50,839 nucleotides of DNA from an uncultured Eubacteriales bacterium (GTDB lineage Bacteria > Bacillota > Clostridia > Christensenellales > Borkfalkiaceae): assembly GCA_900545325.1 (NCBI GenBank), contig UQZE01000001.1, forward strand, positions 1 through 50,839. Direction: 5' to 3'. Each line of letters opens with the position of its first letter. The stretch's first letter is position 1. The notes below the pieces were generated by a model that made no database searches, had not been told where the DNA came from, and saw nothing but the letters and a program-made list of their open reading frames with translations. A program made the translations under genes and the position numbers. Positions 44,387 through 50,839 of the stretch are shown here, piece by piece.

Positions 44387-46162
44387 ATGACAAGCAACAA
44401 AAAAGTATTGGCATTTATCGAAGAGACCAAGGCTTTGTGCGATCCCAAAGAAGTCGTTTGGGTAGACGGAAGCGAAAAACAGCTCGACGCTTTCAGAAAG
44501 CAGGCTGTTGAAGAGGGTATCCTCATCAAACTCAACGAGGAACTTCTGCCCGGCTGCTATCTGCACCGCACCACGCAGAACGACGTTGCGAGAGTGGAAG
44601 GCAGAACCTTTATCTGCTCCAAGAATAAGGACGATTCTTCGCCCATCAACAACTGGATGGAAACGAACGAAGCGTATGATATGCTCAAAAAACTGTTCAA
44701 GGGCTGCATGAAGGGCAGAACGCTCTACGTCATTCCCTATTCGATGGGCGCCGTGGGCTCCAAGTTCTCCAAGATCGGCATCGAGCTTACCGACTCCATC
44801 TACGTCGTGCTCAACATGGCCATCATGACGAGAGTCGGCCAGAAAGTTCTCGACGTTCTCGGCGACGGCGATTTCGTAAAAGGCCTGCACTCCTATGCGG
44901 AGCTTTCGGAAGAGAAGAGATACATCTGCCACTTCCCGGAAGACAACACCATCATTTCCATCAACTCCAACTACGGCGGCAACGTGCTGCTCGGCAAAAA
45001 GTGCTTTGCGCTCAGAATCGCTTCGTATCTCGGCAAGACCGAAGGTTGGATGGCCGAACACATGCTCATTCTCGGCGTGGAATATCCCAACGGCGAAACG
45101 AAATATATCGCCGCCGCGTTCCCGTCGGCTTGCGGCAAGACCAACCTCGCAATGCTCATTCCGCCCGAAATTTACAGAAAGAAGGGCTATAAAGTCTGGT
45201 GCGTCGGCGACGATATCGCCTGGATCAGAGTGGGTGAGGACGGCAGGCTGTACGCCGTTAACCCGGAAAACGGTTTCTTCGGCGTAGCTCCCGGCACGAA
45301 CGAAAAATCCAATCCCAACGCGCTGCACACCACGCAGAAAGGCACGATCTTCACGAACGTCGCTTACAATGCGGATAACAACACCGTTTGGTGGGAAGGC
45401 CTCGACAAGAATCCTCCCAAGAACGGCATAGACTGGAAGGGCAACCCCTGGAACGGCGATACGAAGGACGCGGACGGCAAACCCGTCAAAGGCGCGCACC
45501 CGAACAGCAGATTTACGGCTCCCGCCGTCAACTGCCCCTGCCTGTCCAAGGAATTCGAAAACCCCAACGGCGTGCCTCTGTCCGCCATCGTATTCGGCGG
45601 CAGAAGAGCCAAGACCGCTCCGCTGGTTTATCAGTCCACTTCGTGGGATAACGGCGTGTTCGTCGGTTCCTCCATGGCCAGCGAAACGACGGCCGCGGCT
45701 GTCGGCGCCGTCGGCGTAGTCAGAAGGGATCCCATGGCTATGCGTCCGTTCGTCGGCTACAACATGGGCGATTATTTCGCACACTGGATCGAAATGGGCA
45801 AAAAGGTCAAGAATCCGCCCAAAATCTTCAACGTCAACTGGTTCAGAACGGATGACGAAGGACACTTCATCTGGCCGGGCTTCGGCGACAACATGAGAGT
45901 GCTCGACTGGATCCTCGCGCGCTGCGAAGATAAAGTCGACGCCGTTGAAACGCCGATCGGCTACGTTCCCAAGGCGGAAGACATCAATATCGAAGGCCTC
46001 GACGGCATCACGGTGGACACCATCAAGGGCCTGCTCGAAATCGACAAGGAAACCTGGAAACAGGAAGCGGACGGCATCGAAAGCTTCTACGGCGAACTCA
46101 CGAGAGTGCCGCAGGAACTCAAAGATCAGCTTGCCAACCTCAAAGCGAAACTCAACGCGTAA
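44387..46162 (+). CDS. pckG: phosphoenolpyruvate carboxykinase (GTP)
   Basis: 591 aa. FPSACGKTNLAML (kinase-1a), WVGDDIAWI and NWFR..GHFIWPGFGDN match GTP-PEPCK. Confidence 0.95.
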   Translation: MTSNKKVLAFIEETKALCDPKEVVWVDGSEKQLDAFRKQAVEEGILIKLNEELLPGCYLHRTTQNDVARVEGRTFICSKNKDDSSPINNWMETNEAYDMLKKLFKGCMKGRTLYVIPYSMGAVGSKFSKIGIELTDSIYVVLNMAIMTRVGQKVLDVLGDGDFVKGLHSYAELSEEKRYICHFPEDNTIISINSNYGGNVLLGKKCFALRIASYLGKTEGWMAEHMLILGVEYPNGETKYIAAAFPSACGKTNLAMLIPPEIYRKKGYKVWCVGDDIAWIRVGEDGRLYAVNPENGFFGVAPGTNEKSNPNALHTTQKGTIFTNVAYNADNNTVWWEGLDKNPPKNGIDWKGNPWNGDTKDADGKPVKGAHPNSRFTAPAVNCPCLSKEFENPNGVPLSAIVFGGRRAKTAPLVYQSTSWDNGVFVGSSMASETTAAAVGAVGVVRRDPMAMRPFVGYNMGDYFAHWIEMGKKVKNPPKIFNVNWFRTDDEGHFIWPGFGDNMRVLDWILARCEDKVDAVETPIGYVPKAEDINIEGLDGITVDTIKGLLEIDKETWKQEADGIESFYGELTRVPQELKDQLANLKAKLNA

Positions 46163-46173
46163 TCGCCGCGTTG

Positions 46174-46205
46174 CCCCGTTCGGGAATTTCCCGAACGGGG
46201 TTTTT
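46174..46205 (+). terminator. intrinsic terminator of pckG
   Basis: CCCCGTTCGGGA / TCCCGAACGGGG stem followed by T5. Confidence 0.9.
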
Positions 46206-46240
46206 GTTTTAACGAAAATACGGTTTCTTTCATTTAAATA

Positions 46241-46269
46241 TTTACATTGTCGGAAAAACAGGCTATAAT
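46241..46269 (+). promoter_or_regulatory. sigmaA promoter of ADH gene
   Basis: TTTACA, 17-nt spacer, TATAAT. Confidence 0.6.
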
Positions 46270-46287
46270 GAAAGCGGAGGAACAGGA

Positions 46288-47298
46288 ATGATTGCATATA
46301 TGTATATCAAAAACGGAGAATTTGCGCTTACGGAAAAACCGAAACCCGCCCTCGCGCAGGAACGCGACGCCGTGGTAAAGGTAACGCTGGCGAGCATATG
46401 CACCAGCGATCTTCATATAAAACACGGCAGCGTACCCCGCGCGGTGCCGGGCGTTACCGTCGGACACGAAATGGTCGGCGTGGTGGAGGAAACGGGTTCC
46501 GCCGTAAAAAACGTGCGGAAAGGCGACCGCGTTGCCGTCAATGTGGAAACTTTCTGCGGAAACTGTTTTTTCTGCAAGAACGGTTTCGTGAACAACTGCA
46601 CGGACGAAAACGGCGGCTGGGCGCTCGGCTGCAGGATCGACGGCGGCCAGGCGGAATACGTGAGGGTGCCTTTTGCCGATACGGGATTAAGCAAAATACC
46701 CGACGGCGTAAGCGACGAACAGGCGCTGTTTGCGGGCGATATCCTCGCAACGGGCTATTGGGCGGCGAAAATTGCCGACATTTCGCAAAACGACACCGTG
46801 CTGATCATCGGCGCTGGGCCGACGGGAATATGTACCCTGCTTTGCGCACGGCTGAAAAATCCGTCGCGCATCATAGTTTGCGAAAAGGACAAGGATCGCG
46901 CCGCATTCGTAAAAAAGCATTATCCCGACGTACTGCTCGCCGCGCCCGAAAACGCGGAAGATTTTGTAAAGGCGAACAGCGCGCACGGCGGCGCGGATGT
47001 CGTGTTTGAGGTTGCGGGAACGGAGGAAACGTTCGGTTTGGCGTGGAAATGCGCGCGTCCCAACGCCGCGGTGGTGATCGTCGCGCTGTACGACCGCCCG
47101 CAGGTATTGCCTCTGCCCGATATGTACGGCAAAAATCTCACCTTTAAAACAGGCGGCGTTGACGGGTGCGACTGCGGCGAGATACTGCGCCTCATAGCGG
47201 AAGGAAAAATCGATACGGTACCGCTTATCACGCATACGTATCCGCTGAAAGAGATGAAAAGGCGTATGATTTGTTTGAAAAGAAACTTGACGGCGTGA
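46288..47298 (+). CDS. zinc-dependent medium-chain alcohol dehydrogenase; C-terminus disrupted by a frame change
   Basis: CTSDLH, GHEMVGVV, CGNCFFCKNG (structural Zn) and GAGPTG (Rossmann). The expected ending KAYDLFEKKLDGVMKIAVRI is in the +1 frame up to 47321. Confidence 0.8.
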   Translation: MIAYMYIKNGEFALTEKPKPALAQERDAVVKVTLASICTSDLHIKHGSVPRAVPGVTVGHEMVGVVEETGSAVKNVRKGDRVAVNVETFCGNCFFCKNGFVNNCTDENGGWALGCRIDGGQAEYVRVPFADTGLSKIPDGVSDEQALFAGDILATGYWAAKIADISQNDTVLIIGAGPTGICTLLCARLKNPSRIIVCEKDKDRAAFVKKHYPDVLLAAPENAEDFVKANSAHGGADVVFEVAGTEETFGLAWKCARPNAAVVIVALYDRPQVLPLPDMYGKNLTFKTGGVDGCDCGEILRLIAEGKIDTVPLITHTYPLKEMKRRMICLKRNLTA

Positions 47299-47431
47299 TG
47301 AAAATCGCCGTAAGAATATAAACGGATAGATGCGCGGCTGCTTTATTCGATTGTAGCATATAAGCTGATCGTTCTTAACTTCGCGGCGTTTGAAAATATA
47401 TTTGATAATTTGAGCAGCAAGGGAGATAAAA

Positions 47432-49420
47432 GTGAAGATTGTTCGAACAAAAAACAATAAACAAGAAGGAAGGGCTCTTTTTATTTTACGGTTGCTCGCT
47501 GGGATTTTATTTGTTTTCGCTATTATATTGATTTTTATATTAACGCAGAAATATAGGTACAATATTGCAAAGAGTAAAGCTGAGTTGGTTATGCATAATT
47601 ACCAATTGCTTGACGAAAAAATGCAATTTATCGAGGCTGTTGCGGCGGAAACGGATTGGGTGCAAAACATGAGCATGGTCGACGCCCAAGGATTTGAGGA
47701 TATTTTCCCGCTGGATTTATATGATGCTCAGGCAGGTATTCGAAATTATAACGCTCTAATAGGATTTGCTTGTGAAACAATAGTTCTATTTGATAACAGC
47801 GATTATGCGTTGTCCGCTTCGGGCGCTTTGCCGTATAAAGAATTGGAAAGTTATTTTGATGCTGCGGATAATTTTAATATTTATTCGGAAGGCATTTACG
47901 GAGGCGTGCAGTATGTGCGCAATTCGGACGTCGTTACTTCCGTGATTTATAACTGTCCGAATACATTGAACGGTTATAATTTCCGCCTTATTTTTATTAT
48001 AGAAGAAAATTATCTGTTAAGTTATCTTGCGGAAGCAGGAGATATCGATACAAACGCCTTTTTTATAAGTTTTAAAGGCAATGAAATTCTTGTGGGAAAA
48101 GATTATCAACCTGAACGTGCAGCCACTACGTCTTCCGGTGATTTTGTTTTCGGATATAGTCAAGTTTTTCCGATATGGCAGTTTCTCGGCTGGTTAGGCG
48201 GAACGCTGCTCGTATTCGGAACTTTATATGCGCTCATTCATTTTAAAATTAATAATTACTACGACAGTATGCAGACCTATATTAGAAAACTGAATGAACT
48301 GGTGGGCAAGCCCTGTACAGAAGAGAATTCTGCCGGAATTACAAAAAATTTCGGGGAGATTCTTTCTGAAATTTCAAAAATTGAAATGCAATCCAAGGCA
48401 TTATTGTCTAAGGACTTTACGAAATTAGTGGAAGAATACATCTGTAATATTGTACATTCAGGGGAAGCCTTGAATGAAGAGGCTCGCCGAGGACTGCAAC
48501 GGTTAGGTGTAGCCGTTGATAAAAATATAACGGTCGTTTACTTTGGCCGCACGGAAATTACCTATACGGCAGGTTTCGGTGAGTTTTACGATTTAGGCGA
48601 TGCAATTATGTTGATCGAAAAGAATTCTGCCGTGGAGATGGATTGCGTTTACGGACAAAGCAAAAATTATCGGGGAATGGAATATTCGTCCACTGCATAT
48701 TTTGAAGCAAAAGAAGCTTATGAAACGGCAGTGTTTTATGAAAGAAAAAATATTAAATTTCCGGAAATAGGAAAATTTATCGCGCTTCCGCAAGAAGCCG
48801 AGCATTTTAAAAAATCTTTGTGCAGACTTTTGATGTCTTCGGAATGTGAAGAGATAAACAAGCAATTGAATGACGTAAAGGCGGCATTGTTACGTACTTT
48901 TATAAAACCCGCTTTGCTCAGAGAATTTTTCAGCGACATCGACGATCAGCTATCTAAAATAGAAAAAGAACAAAGGATAGAAGACGGAAACGATAAAATC
49001 GGCGGAGAAACGGAAAGCATATCGGAAAAAACAGAAGATATTTCGAGACGCTCCGCACGGATCATGGCATGTTTTCTGCAAAAGAGCAGGGATAGATATT
49101 CTTATTATTTTTCTGTTATTAAATCTTATGTGGATAAAAATTTTTGCAATCCCGATATTTCATTAGCTACCGTTGCGGAGGAATTCGGCTTTTCCGCCGC
49201 GTATGTAAGTAAAATATTTACCGGGAGCGGGAATATTTCATACAGCGATTACATCAATTCTTTGAGAATAGAGAAGGCGAAAATAATGTTGGAAGAAACC
49301 GATTTGTCCGTGAATGCAATTGCATCGCGGTGCGGGGTGCTCAGCCCCGTTACATTCCGACGCATTTTTAAAAAATATACGAACATGCTTCCGGGAGAAT
49401 ACAGAGAAAGCATAAAATAA
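47432..49420 (+). CDS. AraC-family transcriptional regulator with membrane-anchored N-terminal sensor region
   Basis: GTG start after GGGAG. Two TM helices in the N-terminal region. C-terminal AraC HTH (AAYVSKIFTG.., INSLRIEKAKIML, NAIASRCGV..FRRIFKKYT..PGEYR). Confidence 0.8.
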   Translation: MKIVRTKNNKQEGRALFILRLLAGILFVFAIILIFILTQKYRYNIAKSKAELVMHNYQLLDEKMQFIEAVAAETDWVQNMSMVDAQGFEDIFPLDLYDAQAGIRNYNALIGFACETIVLFDNSDYALSASGALPYKELESYFDAADNFNIYSEGIYGGVQYVRNSDVVTSVIYNCPNTLNGYNFRLIFIIEENYLLSYLAEAGDIDTNAFFISFKGNEILVGKDYQPERAATTSSGDFVFGYSQVFPIWQFLGWLGGTLLVFGTLYALIHFKINNYYDSMQTYIRKLNELVGKPCTEENSAGITKNFGEILSEISKIEMQSKALLSKDFTKLVEEYICNIVHSGEALNEEARRGLQRLGVAVDKNITVVYFGRTEITYTAGFGEFYDLGDAIMLIEKNSAVEMDCVYGQSKNYRGMEYSSTAYFEAKEAYETAVFYERKNIKFPEIGKFIALPQEAEHFKKSLCRLLMSSECEEINKQLNDVKAALLRTFIKPALLREFFSDIDDQLSKIEKEQRIEDGNDKIGGETESISEKTEDISRRSARIMACFLQKSRDRYSYYFSVIKSYVDKNFCNPDISLATVAEEFGFSAAYVSKIFTGSGNISYSDYINSLRIEKAKIMLEETDLSVNAIASRCGVLSPVTFRRIFKKYTNMLPGEYRESIK

Positions 49421-49582
49421 ACTGAATTTTCTGAAAATAGAAAGAAATGAACCCGTTTTTCAAAGATTAAATCTTGACGAGGGTTCATTTTTTTGTTATT
49501 TTGATTTTGCGGAATAGGAGGATATATCAAATATGAACCGAAAATTTCCATATAAAAACTTCGGGGCAAAGGGAGAAAGGGA

Positions 49583-50839
49583 ATGAACGATCGATCGAAA
49601 TATATCACGAGAATTATCGTATTCGCTCTTGTTGTCATTTTTATTTTAGCGATTGTCGGCTACTCTGTCTACTTGTTCACCCGCGGAAGAGAAGAAAAAA
49701 TTTCCGAATGGGGAGGTGCGGAAAGCGCAGATATTTTGGATAACAGTGTGCCCGAATCATATTCGCTTCCGTTTGGAAAAGGCATTACGATCACTTACTC
49801 GGGGCCGGATAATTGGTATGTCGCAGCTTCGCTCAGCAATAATTTACCCGTTTGGCAGGAAGTTTCCGAACGCACGGGGGTAAATTTCAGCTGGCAAGTT
49901 TTACCCTCCGCGCAATGGAATCAAAGCATGAAATTAAAAATAAACGGAGGGGGAGAATTGCCCGATATGATGGGTATTCCCGATTGGGGAAACGGCGATA
50001 TCAATAAATATGCCGAAGAAAAAGTAATCATTCCCTTAAATGAACTGATCAATAAATATGCTCCTAATATAAAGCGTATTTTAAAGGAAAATCCGCTGCT
50101 CCGAAAACAGATGACAGCTGCGGACGGCAATATTTACAGCATAGATGAGTTTTTCAGCGCAAACCACTATGATAAGGCTGTAATTATTCGCAAAGACTGG
50201 TTGGAAAAATGCGGTTACCGAGAAGGGTGGATACCAAAGACAAAAGAGGAATTTGTGGATGTAATGGAGCGTTTTCGTGATTATCGCGACGCGGAAAAAT
50301 TGCCTCTGTCCGGTTCCGCAGACGCTAAAAACGGAGTAATTCCGCTTGTAGCGGCGGAAGGATATATGTATGATTTGTTTTGTTCGGGTTTTGGTTTATC
50401 CGCGCCGTTGCAGGATTGTGCGGTAAACGAAGACGGCAAGGTCGTTTTTCAACGAGCGACGCCTGAATACGGTGAATTTTTGGAGTGGCTGGCCGATCTT
50501 TATTCGAACAAATTGCTGTATTCGGGTTATGCGGCGAGTTCCGAATCGGATTTTGAAAAGCTCATAATTCAAAACCGAGTGGGAATTTCGGTAGCTGCCG
50601 GCGATACAATGGATAAATATAACAGTCTACTCAAAAGGTATGGTATAGACGGCGAATATATCCTGATCAATCCTCCTGTAGACGACGAAGGAAATATTAC
50701 GCTCGTCAAACGCTCTCTTTCGGGCGGACAAATCGGAATAAGCTATGATTGTGAAGATCCTGTAACGGTTATTCGGCTGATGGATTATTTGTGGGCAAGC
50801 AATGAAGGAATGATTTTGATGCATTACGGACTGGAAGGG
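49583..50839 (+). CDS. ABC transporter extracellular solute-binding protein (carbohydrate type), 3' end outside the window
   Basis: Not in the ORF track because it has no stop. I read 419 codons from ATG 49583 (after GGGAGAAAGGG) without a stop. N-terminal TM anchor, then SBP-like text (PDMMGIPDW, KDWLEKCG, LYSGYA). Confidence 0.7.
   Translation, partial: MNDRSKYITRIIVFALVVIFILAIVGYSVYLFTRGREEKISEWGGAESADILDNSVPESYSLPFGKGITITYSGPDNWYVAASLSNNLPVWQEVSERTGVNFSWQVLPSAQWNQSMKLKINGGGELPDMMGIPDWGNGDINKYAEEKVIIPLNELINKYAPNIKRILKENPLLRKQMTAADGNIYSIDEFFSANHYDKAVIIRKDWLEKCGYREGWIPKTKEEFVDVMERFRDYRDAEKLPLSGSADAKNGVIPLVAAEGYMYDLFCSGFGLSAPLQDCAVNEDGKVVFQRATPEYGEFLEWLADLYSNKLLYSGYAASSESDFEKLIIQNRVGISVAAGDTMDKYNSLLKRYGIDGEYILINPPVDDEGNITLVKRSLSGGQIGISYDCEDPVTVIRLMDYLWASNEGMILMHYGLEG

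Overview
This is a 50.8-kb chromosomal segment from a spore-forming Firmicute with Clostridia-like gene content. Strong GC3 codon bias produces very long antisense shadow ORFs. The window is mostly origin-proximal housekeeping and sporulation genes. In order they are: yyaC; a tightly packed radC-gltX-histidine kinase-response regulator-GNAT string; jag-yidC-yidD-rnpA-rpmH directly preceded by dnaN; rsmG; an ECF sigma/anti-sigma/vWA-lipoprotein operon; nifJ (PFOR); ecfA1-ecfA2-ecfT-truA-rplM-rpsI; spo0A; veg; ispE-spoIIR-sleB-ypeB; a Trp T-box controlling a TrpB2-type gene; an AbrB-like/ABC exporter unit; GTP-dependent PEPCK; and a Zn-ADH. The visibly AT-richer right end carries an AraC-type regulator and a solute-binding protein that runs off the window. 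I recognised no rRNA, tRNA, CRISPR, transposase or phage genes. The most notable observations are: (1) an oriC-style DnaA-box array plus AT-rich tract upstream of dnaN, with no dnaA anywhere in the window and dnaN co-oriented with rpmH; (2) a Spo0A whose phospho-acceptor Asp is replaced by Glu; (3) a recurring leaderless-gene geometry, with a TGn-extended -10 placed 6-8 nt before an ATG and no Shine-Dalgarno, at six genes; (4) two tandem perfect DnaA boxes abutting the promoter of the ECF sigma operon; (5) an unexplained GC-rich, hairpin-dense non-coding island at a synteny break between nifJ and ecfA1; (6) long charged, low-complexity extensions on Jag/KhpB, YidC and YpeB, and a double zinc-ribbon protein with a polyacidic tail. 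Two frame breaks sit in A-runs and look like sequence errors. All calls come from reading motifs by eye; no database search or computation was run.
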